From contig NW_026782163.1 of NCBI RefSeq assembly GCF_031769215.1, positions 62,001 through 126,000 of the forward strand: 64,000 nucleotides of DNA, written 5' to 3'. Below are positions 14,501 to 26,838 of the stretch, one piece after another (the stretch's first letter is position 1; each line of letters begins with the position of its first letter). The DNA comes from Ylistrum balloti. Taxonomy: Eukaryota. Position numbers and translations under genes: made by a program. The notes under the pieces were generated by a model, which ran no database searches, had not been told where the DNA came from, and worked only from the letters and a program-made list of their open reading frames with translations.

Positions 14501-17323
14501 AAAACTATAGCTAGCCTCCCCCCCCCACCCACCCTCCACACACAAACACACACACACAACATCCTGATTCTCTGTGAAGGACTAAAATTTGTTTTTTTAA
14601 TATTAGATGCTGTGAATTGGAATGGCCCTTCACACACACATACAGCTACAGCATATTTTTGGGGTACATTCTACACGTGGGTTTTCACCAAGTACTGCGG
14701 TTTCCTCCCACAATAAGACCCCTCGAGCGCTTACATCCGGGCCAATAAGATAAAATTAGTTGACATAACTTGTTTCACAATTGTTGTAAAATAAATAAAG
14801 TTTATATTTTTCTAATATTAAAATCAAAATTACACTAAAACATGATTATTTTTTCAATTTTCAATGTTTTAAATCTGCTTTGTTGCTTGTTAAATGAACA
14901 TAGAATATAACATAAAGGAAATAATTTGAAGGGTGACTGCTGATTACCTTTCAGACTAAACACAGCAATCTCTCCTGATGTACTGTTGGCCCCAAAATGG
15001 ACCCCAGATACTAAAAGAAGTGTATCACTTTCATTAAATTGTGAAAACTGTGTGTACTTCCAGGTAAGCATCTTCATGTCCTCCTTGTATTTCAATGTAA
15101 CAGGGTACAGTGCATTCCATACCTACAGTCAAAAGTCATAATTATTATATGAAACCAATTATCATAATAATGAATATACAAACTCGAAGGTCGTCATTAT
15201 AATACAAAGTCAAAGATCATGATCATTATGCTAAGTTCAAGGTCATAACCATAAAACAAAGTCATACCTCATAATAACACTACAAAGTCATAATTATGAC
15301 ACAAAGTCGAAGGTCATAATAATACAAAACAATTTCTGCTCTCAAGGAGCTTCAGTCTTTAGAATGAAACTGGGAACAGGAACACAGGCAAACACAATGA
15401 TTGTGATGAGGGGGGGTGGGGGGTTATGTCTGATGTTTTTCATTTCATACATTATGAAAATGTACTTTATTGTACTCCTACCCGTATGTAACCATCCTTT
15501 GAACATGTGGCAAACATCTTGCCATTGTGCGAGAAGCTGACATGGAGAACCTGATCACTGTGCTGTCGAATGACCTCACTCTCAATGACGGGTGTGTGAT
15601 AGTATAAACGTTTGTACTCTTTTAACCAGGAAGATCTACCAGGTGCGATAGGAACAGATCTATCAATCTGCCAGTGACGGTAAAAAATAGATCTCCACAG
15701 GTATTCATCATAGCTTACTCTCAACCAACACCTGAAAAAAACAAGATTCAGCAGCTATTACTACTTTAGCTAAAATGCACGATAGAAGTTGGTGACAAAG
15801 CATGGAATTATCAGAATATCCAATTAAAGTCAATTTTCTAGCAGAGTAACTTTCTGTGATTCTAAACAGCTGATGTCTTACATCACATGAATAAAAAGAC
15901 TGTGTCCATAGATGAAAAGGCCACTTAAGGTGTAAGGCCCTTCAACATGACACATTTCATGCAATAAGAAATATGACCTTGAACCAGAAGCAGAATTTGT
16001 TTACTTTACAACCTGAGTTGCCATCTTGGTTCGACATAGACCCTCAGTCAAAGCGTGCAATATATTGTTTGGGAGTCTTTGAGGAAGAAAAAAGGTGGCC
16101 TGTAGGGCTGAGATCATGTTCATATAATGCTTCCAGGTTTTATGCATGATCCTCAAGGAATGAATTGATAGTACTTTTCCTCACTTACCTGTGATTTACC
16201 TGTGATTTTTTTTAATATTTGCTGAAATGAATTGATATTAATCATTGCCCGATTGAAAATAAGGGACATTACAAGGTCTTCTTTGACTAAGCTTAAGTGA
16301 AAAAATTCCTAATTTCAACTAATTAGATTCATTATGTTGTCATAGTGTCATCATAGTAACAGTTGATACACCTGATATGTCAAATTATAGACTTTGTATA
16401 CTGCAGTTACAACATTTGATTCAGATTGAATTATTGTCCTATTGTCCTACATATAGGAAAACAAGTTTAGAGTGACCAAGTTACCATGGACATGGCAACG
16501 AAAATTTTAGAGCAAAAACAAAAAGTCACTAGCACATCTATCTTTGGTCCTAGACATTCCTACGGAAAAGTTGTCGGAAAAGGATCTCTTAAAAACAGAT
16601 AGACATTCAGATTGACATCCAGACAGGGTGATTACAATATACCCCTCAAACCAAATTCAGATGAAAATTTTTCAGTTCTGTACAATAACCCTCTATCAAG
16701 ACCTATATAAAGTATGGACTGTAATTATCCTAAAAAAGCTCTCTCACCTAATGTAAAAAGTTTACTATTAAAGTTTGGGAAACTTGTTTGTGAACAACTT
16801 TTACATACCGGTACTCTTTAAAAATTAGTGATGCTGCAAGAAATGAAGAAGGAGGCTTATTTCTGGGCACAGACTTATTTGTAGATAAATACATCTACAA
16901 CTTGAAATCAATAGTATTTTGGACTGAAATGTGAAAAGCAATTCATTCAGAGTACAATGTATACAGATATCCTGTATATGTCCTGTTCTTCAATGCCTTT
17001 TACTTTCATGTATTCAACATTATTAATCAACTTAAAAAAATTGTCCTGAACATTTACAACATGTGACATGAGTGTACTTTAATGCAGTTTCATTATATAA
17101 TCAAGTCCCAACTGATATGATAACATTACAGATGTACTGTGATGGTTGCTAAAAACATCAACCTTTACCCTTTACATTATATATACCTGCATGTGATAGA
17201 TGCCTTCAGAACTGATGAGGCTGGAAGATAGGAAAAGATATGAAGCAAGATGTTATCAGGTAAACACTGCCACTCAGAAAACTCGGAAGCACTGTATTTG
17301 CTGGAGGGTGGTGTGGTATCCAT
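5559..17323 (-). CDS. FBXW5: F-box/WD repeat-containing protein 5, 791 aa. Coding exons (minus): 17323-17187, 15731-15482, 15122-14948, 13887-12510, 7587-7375, 5781-5559
   Basis: All introns are GT-AG and the phases join to 2376 nt (792 codons). N-terminal F-box LPDNILLHIFSYL..TCRCWLRVSYDEYLWR. WD-region motifs match recalled human FBXW5: HVSFSHNGKMFATCSKDG, YTQFSQFNESDTLLLVSG, NKPYDVFG, KYLVFTMGSETYTPHQIGIK, HIIGMCFSPDNRYLYVN, AYTPNDECFFIFLDV, SGAEDRHGYIWDRHY. Confidence 0.95.
6525..7307. repeat. 20-bp minisatellite (TACACATCAACAGACATCAA) with a 200-bp higher-order repeat, in the last intron of FBXW5
   Basis: About 39 copies of a 20-mer built from two related 10-mers. Blocks 6761-6960 and 6961-7160 differ at only 2 positions, and 7161-7280 repeats the start of the block again. 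Confidence 0.97.
7880..8350 (+). mobile_element. Possible RTE-like endonuclease remnant
   Basis: HQINHIVIK at about 8203-8229 resembles the NQIDHI motif of RTE endonucleases, and the surrounding sequence is purine-rich like coding DNA. Very degenerate. Confidence 0.3.
8400..10440 (+). mobile_element. Highly decayed non-LTR retrotransposon (endonuclease + RT remnants) in FBXW5 intron 4, antisense to the host gene
   Basis: Translated remnants: LNGRAGNDHDGNF at 8859 (end of APE endonuclease), KAPDAEGILNEQLK at about 9795, LHKKG..NNYKGISLLSVLGKVFTKILNN at about 9950-10045, KGYSTCDNIFVLKSLVQKYL at about 10100, KAYD at about 10200. Many stops. An unrelated short repeat interrupts it at about 9430-9620. 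Confidence 0.75.
11090..11660. repeat. Degenerate tandem core repeats (AACAAAGGGCAATAACTCTG motif, about 130-165 bp spacing)
   Basis: Motif variants near 11110, 11270, 11412 and 11538. Confidence 0.6.
14677..14802 (+). mobile_element. 5'-truncated SINE remnant in FBXW5 intron 3
   Basis: GTGGGTTTTCACCAAGTACTGCGGTTTCCTCCCAC resembles the widespread invertebrate SINE core GGGTTTTCTCCGGGTACTCCGGTTTCCTCCC and ends in an A-rich tail (TAAAATAAATAAAG). Family recalled, not searched. Confidence 0.6.
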
Positions 17324-20300
17324 GGTAACAGCAATTATGTTTCCATCTTCTTAATTAGTACACTATGTAGCATCACTGCAACAAAACAAATATGAACTAG
17401 AATTGTCATCCCAGGGATAACTTTTCATATGCAAAGCCCTCCCTTATACCTCTATATACAAAATAACTAATTTGTATTCTTCCTCGAAGCAGGACATGTT
17501 ACAGCAACCAATATTATCAGGTGCAAGGTCATGCAAGTCAATAGTGCATGTGATACACCTCCAAAAAATTGCCATACCAAAATGTCTGATGGTCTGGACC
17601 AATGTCCAGACAATACATTTCATTTTTTTTTTCATTCTGCCAAATATTTTTTTCCGCACTTATAAATCATATCATTCTATGGGGCTTCACTGAATGACTG
17701 CTTCTAGCAGTTAGTTGAAATTCTGCTAGTTGAATTAATCCATACTGGAAGCTGTAGTTAACACCAACTGTAAGTCTACAGGTCCAGATTGTAATTGGGG
17801 ATGACGCAGCAAAAACAACCTACAGTATAACAATCTCGCCGGATACATATACATATCCATTTGGCAATAGCAGAACCAGTGAATGTGCTGTAGTTAATAA
17901 AATCCATGGCTGTAATTGGAGAGCATGCTGCAATGACAGTCATGTATGTGTGTGGACACAGAGGATGGGGCATGATTAGTTACTGGTCAATACAGTAAGA
18001 ATACAGACTGAGTATAATTAGTATCCGTACATCCATATAGAAAACTGTAGATAAATGTTAAGGTATTTAGAGTACAGGCCCAGGTTGAAACTGGGGAAGG
18101 CCCAGCAAAGACAACCATACGTGCAAGATCTTATGGATATACACATAATTAATAACTTTCTTGAAGAAATGATTTAACTGATACCTTTTATAAATTATAA
18201 ACCAAATGTCTGAATTTGAGGTAAAATTCACATAACTAAATTTATGGTCCTATTCATATCATATACCAAACAATCATTCTGGTAACCCGTTAATTATAGA
18301 CAGTATTCATATATATATATATATATATATAAGAAAAAAATTATATACCACATGCTTATGATAATCACATATGAACATGTGACTAAAAAAACTCCATGCA
18401 CATCAATATCATGTCTGGTATATACATGTGATGTAATTAGTCCAAGTCACAGATAAGTGTTGATTATGGTCCTACATTAAGTAGAGCTACCAATAGAAAA
18501 TCATATGAGAATTCCAATGAATGTAACCTCTGTATAGGTGTGTATTTATATATAGATAGCTATGTTGGACAGCAGGAAGCTTGCAGGAAAACACTATTGT
18601 AAGTATTTTAGAATTTACTGGCAAAACAGGTCAATACTACAGTGATAATATCAAGGCATTGTACATAAACCAACAGTAGGAAATAAGTGACATTGTTACT
18701 GTGTCTAATCTAATTACAACCAGACATGATTATCATATCACCAGAATAACACCCATTTGATAGTGTATACTTATCAGCAGCATAAAATTTAATACAGAGA
18801 CTATAAACTCGTAAAAAAACATATCTATATCTCCCACCTCCCACATTGCTCAAGTATTAACTAAAAGGACACAACTAAGGATCAAGGTGAACTAACACAC
18901 ATATATATGAAATTAAGAAAGATCCATCCACTTATTCTCAAAACAAGTTTGAGCAAGAATTATTTAATGGTTGACGATGGACAGATGATGGACAACAGGC
19001 CATAGATGCAGGACAATTTTAAACATTAAAAAGTGTTTTTTAAGTGACCTTTATGAAACACAAGGTGGATAGCATAAATCCAGTACAATGGATCATCCTC
19101 CTTGGGATGACCAGAAACAACAGAAAGATCTAGCTCTATAGAGGAATGAAGACAAACTATTCAGGAAACTCTGAAGTGTAAAATTTAACACTACAGCACA
19201 AATTATAACTGAAAAAAAAAAGATCTAGAAAATATGAATTCCAGAAAATGATCAGGTGCTATAGTTATTGGTCCAATATTTATTCCATAGTCCATATGTC
19301 AGACAAAACAACACCAAGTAAAAGGATTCTCTCAAAGAACAAAAATCATAAAATTTTGGTACATCAATGAGACATACCCCACTGAAGATCAACATTGATG
19401 ATATCACTTATTCTGACCAAAACTCCCAAGCAGACACCTCAAACAATCAACTGAAATTATAATTGTTCAGAATACCATTCCTTTTTCAAATCAATCTCAA
19501 AACCAAATGGGCATAACTAGAGACCAAGAGGTACCACCATAAGAAATTTAAAAAAGATCTATCCAGTACTGCTATAGAAAATAGTAATAACAATCTTTCG
19601 TTGTCAATATCTATGATTGCTGTCAGTCAGTCATGCTCTTCTGATTGATCACGAAATCAAAAGGGTACAATTACAAACTTACATATGAAATTTGAAAAAG
19701 ACCTATCCAGTTATTTCCAATAAATACAAAAATGGATTACATCCTCGCAGCAATTCTGTTCTTGTTGTCCAAAAATCAATCATGCATACCTATGGACCAA
19801 TGAAAACCTATACATGAAGAATAGTAATAACTAGTATTGTTTACAGACCATGGACGGCGAGCAAATTGATTAGTCCACCATCTAATGACAGTCCTACACT
19901 ACAAATATCCTTATAAAGTTTTGGTAAAGCAAAGAAGGAAACTATGATAATTTTCCTTTTTTCAGCTCGATATTGAACAGTAAACACATTTAAAACGTTT
20001 TCCACACCCTCTGGCTTTATCTGAATAGTGTATAACTACTAAATTTCCTTCTCCTTATCCTGTTTTCCAGGATTCTGCATTTTCAACCTAAATGATTCAT
20101 TTCTGTTCCCAACTTTAAACCTGAATTCGCCTAGTGTGATCTATTTTGTTACAACAAACAAACACATATGAATGGATATCATTTTCATTTGAAATAGGTT
20201 TTACAACACATGATGGCCATTAATTTTCACCATCAAAGTGTTCCCGGTACACATGATTTCTTAAACGCAAATTCTTAGTTTTTCCCTAACATGATGATGG

Positions 20301-20534
20301 ATGCAGACATTTTGTTTTTGTTACTGCGACACAAACGGTGTGATATCGTAAATATTCACATTACATATGTAAGCTATTGAAGTTGAACGATCATAATGTT
20401 CACTATCGTACAGAGATCAGAGTGGTTAATGGTTTAAGAACATCTACTGCGCAGGATGTCATGGACCATTGAAAGTATTACGACCGAATTTAAACAACTA
20501 ACAACATTAATCAAAATATTTAAAAAATGCTCAC

Positions 20535-20640
20535 CTTGATTTGATAACAAATGAAAGTCGGAAAATACGAACAACAGTCAAACTACCCGTTGGAGCACTG
20601 ACAAGTATGGTAGCCATGTTTGACCGCCATATTTGTTTTG
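20535..20640 (-). promoter_or_regulatory. Probable non-coding first exon and TSS region of FBXW5
   Basis: Strong minus-strand donor CAAG|GTGAGC at 20535/20534, CpG-richer sequence and YY1-like AAATATGGCGG near 20625-20635. A matching 5'UTR acceptor (TTTGTTTTGTTGCAG) sits at about 17376, just upstream of the FBXW5 ATG. Inferred without transcript data. Confidence 0.5.
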
Positions 20641-21286
20641 GTTTTATTTTCTGGGTCATACTACTCTCCTAAACGTATACCGGAATTTATTGAAAGAAAA
20701 AAGAGGAATCGACCGGATCAGGATTGTGGCTTTTATTAAAAGTATTACTAGAAGCTGTACGATGACGAATTTTGTTGGTGTTGTTGTTGAATATATTTGT
20801 TTTCTTCTTGTCAAGCCATCCGTTATGATAAGGTCCTAAAATCAGCCAACTCCATTTAGTCAGGGCATGCCATGACTTTATGCTGTTCCAAATATCCCAT
20901 TTGAACCCGATGCCATTTTGCCTGTCATAATCTGGAAAGAAATAGAAATTGATGGACCGGTTTATCACTTTTTGTCACATTATAGTATCTGTAATTCATT
21001 GAACACGCCCATATGATATTTCTGTCACATGTTACAAAATTGAATGGACACAACTTGAGGATTTTGACTATCTATCCGATAATCTAATTTTAGCTCCTCG
21101 TGCCTAAGCAAAGTATAAAATCGCGGCGGGATAATCAGAGCCCTTCGGAATAATGGGGAACATGCTCATTAAGTTTAAGAAATATGCCCCTATGTTGATA
21201 CATGTAGAGAGAGAGAGAGAGAAAAGGTAGCAACTTCAGATTTTGGGCATGGTTCATTAGTGTAGCTTCGGTGTAGGTACATATAC

Positions 21287-22241
21287 CAGTCTATCGTATT
21301 TAATGTTAGTTCCATTCCATGTTAGTAAAAACTGCTGGAAACATTTCTTATCACTCAGTGCATGATACAGCTGATGACCTGTACAATATACAGTTGATAT
21401 AATTAACAGATACTCCTGCACATTTAGATATTGTCAGCCCGTTTCACCTGCATCTTACACACGACATTGAACTTTTTCACGGACATGTCTACGATAGGAA
21501 CCAGAGCAAACCCTGGCCTCTACAGGTATGGATAAAATGCTTGGTTGAGAGATACAGTGTTTGATTATTTGAAAATAAATAAATAAATAAATAAATAATC
21601 CACCATCCACTTCCGTATATAATAAATAGCACCATATGTAATCAGAATTGTTACACATGACCTGGTGACTTTTATCATCTAAATCACAGGTCTTTACATT
21701 TTCGTCACCATCTTTCTCAATGCCTATGTGAATTCCATTTAAGCGTTCGTATTCTTGCCGCCTTTTGTCCCTTTCTTTCTTCAGATCCTTTCTTTTCATG
21801 TAGCTATTCGGTAATGTTCTCCATTAAATTACATTTACAGTTATTTGTTTGGTTTCGAAAATAAAATGCCCACCATTATTCATTGAACATTTTATCCAAA
21901 CTTTTTGTTGTTTGATGACAAACAAATGTTTGATTATACTAAATCTTGTGAATACTTTTATAGCATTTAGTAGAAATTTCGACGAATGTCTTTGCCCTGT
22001 AATAAGCCCGCTAGAAAGTTGAATTAAGATATTGAAAAACATCAAGACGTGTACATGAGAGAGGCCTAGCTCTTCATTTTCACTTTCCAAATTTAAACAA
22101 CATAAACATATATTTTATTTCTACATGTATAACAACCTTGAACTTTCCATATCGCCATTACCTGAACTGGATGGTTATGATAAAGATAATTTGCCAATCT
22201 CTTTTCATATAATATTTTTCTACGCTCCTTTTTCTTTGACA
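21287..22241 (-). CDS. Candidate unannotated short-intron gene or pseudogene. Putative exons 22241-22162, 22010-21940, 21803-21662, 21519-21459, 21378-21287; possible last exon about 20935-20687
   Basis: Five minus-strand segments bounded by AG/GT join in phase, with introns of 151, 136, 142 and 80 nt, into SKKKERRKILYEKRLANYLYHNHPVQ-RAYYRAKTFVEISTKCYKSIHKIY-YMKRKDLKKERDKRRQEYERLNG...KSHQ-RPGFALVPIVDMSVKKFNVVC-HQLYHALSDKKCFQQFLLTWNGTNIKYDRL. No start codon was resolved, one splice pair is weak and I recognise no homology. Confidence 0.35.
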
Positions 22242-23619
22242 CTGCATGTATAGTTAGTTGAAGAATTTTACAATCACAATCTATGGAGAATTTCATATAG
22301 TTTTTAAAAAGAAAAATATCACCAACATGTGTATCTGATACCAGTTTATACTTGCTATGCGATAATGCTTAGCCTTTTTCGAGCATTTAATGTCATCGGT
22401 TATGAAAATAAAGTTAATTTTTCGCGCGAAATCGCCAACAAGATGTCATCTTTAAAAAGATATCCATATATTGCACGATGTACCGGTAGAGCGCTATTTG
22501 TAACTGTAATCACCAGAGGAAAGTATATTCAAATGAAAGAAAAAACAAGAATAGTGGAAAAAACATATCGCGGGTTGAAAAAAACAACGAAAATACGGAC
22601 ATGTCAGAAGACACGTAATTCGTGTTATTTAGAAGATCGTGTATTTGATGTCAGTTAAATGCATGAAAGGATATTTTTCGTTGAATTATTTCCGAACTCC
22701 CTTCGGAACAAATAGAAGTCCAGTCTAATTAAGTTCCAGTATCAATAATCCAAAAAACAACACTCACTAATGACTTGTTACATATTTGCAATTAATGAAT
22801 ACGCTTGCATCTTGCATACTTCATTTACACATTGTCGGCAGTGATGAAATAAGAAGCATTGAATACGGAATACCAAGCTTTGGTGCCGTTCTTCAGCATT
22901 AAATTTTCATCCTGCAAAATGTTTAAGTTTTTCCTCATCAAAAAACATGTACAATAATATAGATATAAATGTACCTGTTTCCAAATTTTAAAAAAAGGGA
23001 GGGGTGATTCCCTAGAAACTGCGTACAGCATATGCAGCTTTGATTTCTTGTTGTACAGTAGTTATTTTAAAGACCGGATGGTTATCAGGAAATCTTCGAT
23101 ATTAATTTTACATTATAATCGTAATACTGATTCACAGCAAGTAATGAATGAGTCAATTATATGATTATTAGCCACCAGTAACTAATGAAGGCTGTTTGGT
23201 GGCAAAAACAAGATCTTTATGCAACCTTTGTTAATATCAAAATTTTTTTAAAAAAATCAAGATTTCAGTTTTTGTCTTTATAAATTTCGCTGGAATATCT
23301 ATCATCTGGTATAATTCCTTAATAAGATATTTATCACGTGATATATTATATGAATTAAGTTTTATACAAATACGATATCTGATATATTATGCAAGATATC
23401 TTAAGATCTTGAACAATTTTCATTTCATATGGAGACTTTATGAAAAGTGCTCGGATTTTTTCTCCATAAAACTCATATGAAGTGAAAACAAGTAAGAAAA
23501 GATACATTTTGACAGGTTTTTAAGTCATCATGCAGAGGACGAAATCAAAATTAGTGCCATACTCAAGCAGGCCGATCATTTGTAACGTCAACTACATATA
23601 CGTAAATTAAAGTCTTTAA

Positions 23620-26318
23620 AGGATCTAAAATGTCTATATACAAATGCAGATCAATTAAAAAACAAATTGTCAGAGCAAAGTACACGCGTGAATAAGGAAA
23701 ATACAGATATAATAGGAATTACAGAAGTTAAAGCAAAAAAAAAAAAAAAAAAAAAAAAACCGTCAATTCAACATGAAAGCTCCAGAAAACAACATTGAAG
23801 GAAATAAAAACTACAAAATCTTTCACAAAAATGTGGAAAATGATCAGGGAAGAGGAATAAATAAGGTAAGTAAGGAACTGGATACCGATGACGTTATAAT
23901 GAACACTCAATTTCAGGAAAATTTATTTATACAAATTAAACAAAACTAAATCAATCCTTCTGGGCCTTATATACAGGTCACCATATGAAAATAATGAGAC
24001 TTTGCTGAACTTGATGGAAGAGGCAGCCGGAAATGGATACGAAAAACTTGTAATAATGGGAGATTTCAAATACCCAGGAATAAACTGGGAGACCTGGAAT
24101 ACAAATGGAGAAAGCACTGAAACACATGAATATAAATTCTTACAAACATTAATGTTACATTTCAACATATAAACCAACAAACGAGATGGCGAGGATAGCA
24201 CAATCCAAACCTATTGGATCTTGTTATAACAAAGGATGAAAATTCACTCTCATCAATAGATTATCAGAGCGAACTTGGAAAAGTAATCATTGCATGCTAT
24301 TTTTCAACATAACATGTAATGTAGAAGTATGTTTGCAACGAAAACAGAAAATATGTTATAAAGAAGCCAATTATGTAGAAAAAAATGATAAGTAAGGCAA
24401 ATTGGAGCGAAACAGTAAAACCGTCAAACACCATAGACAAAAATTGGATTCAATTCAAACATGCAATGAAATTAGTAGAAGAAAGATTTATCCCAACAAA
24501 AATAATAATCATAGGAAGAAATAACAAGCACAGCTTTCCAGCGGATCAGGTAACACTAGACGCAATTAAGAAGAAACACTCCTTGTCCAGAAAAGCTGTG
24601 ACAACTAAGGACCCAGGTAAACGAAAGCAGTACAATAAAATTTGGGATAAAGAAGCTGACTCGGAAATTAAGACAAGAGTATGAGAAAAACATTGCAACT
24701 AAAGCAAAAGCTGATCCTAAAGTCATTTGGAAATATATTAAGTCAAAGTCTACCACTAATTGCAGATTTATACCAGGACCCAACGGACAAAAATTCAGTC
24801 AAAATAACAACTGATGGTGAAAAAACCAAACATTATCTACAGGGACACTACCAGAGGAATGGAAAAAAGCTAGAGTTAGCGCAATTTTTGAGAAAGGCGA
24901 CAAATGTATGGCAGGAAATTACCGACCAGTCAGCCTAACCTCAGTTTTATGTAAAGTATTGGAAACTATTTTAAGGGAACACATTATGAAATTTATGAAG
25001 GCCAATAACTACTTTTCTTCAAAGCAATACGGGTTTTTATCGGGAAGATCCACTTGCCTCTAACTTGTAGAGGTAATGGATAAGTGGACTGAAGCGTTGG
25101 GCAATGGTCAAATGATCGATTGTATCTGTATGGATTACCAAAAGGCGTTTGATACAGTTCCCCACAAAAGATTTATCAACAAACTGAAAATCATATATTT
25201 TTTTCCGAACAAATCAATTTGAGAATATCTTCTTTCTTAACTGGAAGAAGCCAAAAAGTAACGGTAAACGGAGTCGATTCGGAATGGGGTGATGTTACGT
25301 CAGGAATTCCACAACGATCAGTCCTGGGACTTATACTTTTCTTTTTTGCTGATGATACAAAGATATTTAATAGTTGAAAATAATAACCAATGTAAGGATC
25401 TTCAGAAAGACCTCGACACTATGTGCGAATGGAGCGATACATGGCTCCTCAAAATGCACCCAGATAAATACAAGCACATGAGAATAGGAAAGGCAAAATC
25501 TGAGGATGACGAGGTAAAATACAATCTAAAAGGAAAAATTCTAGAAACAGTAACAAAGGAGAAAGATATAGGTGTAATAATAGATTCGGACCTCTCTTTC
25601 GATGACCACATAAATGGAAAAGTTAAAAAGGCCAATTCTATGATTGCACTCCTAAGAAGAACATTCCAATTTAAGGACACAAAATTATTCGTTCCCTAAA
25701 CAAATGTCTCGTGCGCTCCAAGCTGGATTATGCCTGTCCAGTTTGGTCCCCATACAGATATAAACATATAGATATGATAGAAGGAGTACAACGCAGAGCG
25801 ACAAAATGCCTTCCAGGAATGAAAAATCTAAGCTACAACGAAAGATTGAAAAAAATCAAGTTTCCAAGACTAGCCTTCCGGAGAGTTAGGAGGGACATGA
25901 TCGAATTATACAAGATGATACAGGGTATATATGACAAGGAATGCTGCAATGCTGTCCTACTATGGGAGGACGCTGCGGACAGACATAGCGGTAGAGGCAA
26001 CTCTAAGAAGATTTATCCCAAGCGAGCGACATCGGAAATAAGGAAAAAACACTTTCTCAATAAGAACAGTGAAAATTCTGGAACAGTCTAGCCAAGCATG
26101 TGTCATCGGCCTCAAGTGTAAATGCCTTTAAAAACGCCCTGGACACCCATTGACAAGGACAAGAACTTGTTTATAATTAACAGCATAAACAATGAAGTGC
26201 ACCGGACAAAAAAAATTCGAATTTTCTGATGATATGTGTAACCGTGTATTATAAATATTTAGAGTCTGGTATAGAGGACTTTAAATAGTCATGCGCCAGA
26301 AATACACTTAACTTAACT
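23620..26318 (+). mobile_element. Decayed CR1-group non-LTR retrotransposon, ORF2 (APE endonuclease + reverse transcriptase) with 3' end
   Basis: Endonuclease motifs LKCLYTNADQLKNK, DIIGITEV, IMGDF.YPGINW and LDLVIT. RT motifs GNYRPVSLTSVLCKVLE, DYQKAFDTVPH, SGIPQ.SVLG and FADDTKI. CR1-type tail RSKLDYACPVWSPY..IEGVQRRATK..LSYNERL. Many stops, frameshifts and deletions. The 3' end has a TCTGG...CCAGA hairpin followed by (ACTTA)n. Confidence 0.9.
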
Positions 26319-26838
26319 ATATACGCCGTCATAAACTGTTGTTCAAAGGGAAAAATTCACAAAACGCTCCATATTTGGCAAAAGAATGACAAACAACTGC
26401 AAAAATCGTTTAATTTGTGTTGGAAAAAAACCCAAAATAATCTAAATCGTGTTAATTTACTGTAGATGTTCTTATCATTATATACGCCCTCAATTTACGT
26501 ACGGGAACATCCCTCTGTGACATTTGCCATTATACGTCCCTGGAAATGATAAATGAGAAAGATTTTACTACTAGGCGCCGTTAACGTACTGATTATAAAT
26601 CACTTTAGTGTGAAAACATTAGATCTGCATACATAGAGCGTCGAACGTCGCAATTGTTCTGATAGTATGAACATCCACAAGGGAGACAACCACAAATTTG
26701 GGAAATTTTAAAATCTTAAAGCTCATTCTAAACAAATCACGCACACAAAATCAGTCTGTCATTTTAAAATAAAATGAGGAATTGTTATTTTTGCTATTTT
26801 TGGATAAAATTTTAGATTAAAAAAAAAATACTGCCGCA

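Noticed and set aside
17444-17973. Cys/Trp-containing ORFs upstream of the FBXW5 ATG, including a 60-codon open + frame at about 17780-17975
   Set aside because: No homology recognised and no consistent splice chain; probably intronic.
22442-22521. Possible + strand first exon MSSLKRYPYIARCTGRALFVTVITRG with donor-like GTATAT
   Set aside because: No downstream exon could be linked before the CR1 element. Support is too weak.
22825-23031. Possible upstream exons (..KIWKQ / DENLMLKNGTKAW..) for the candidate gene at 21-22 kb
   Set aside because: The phases did not join to the exon at 22241.
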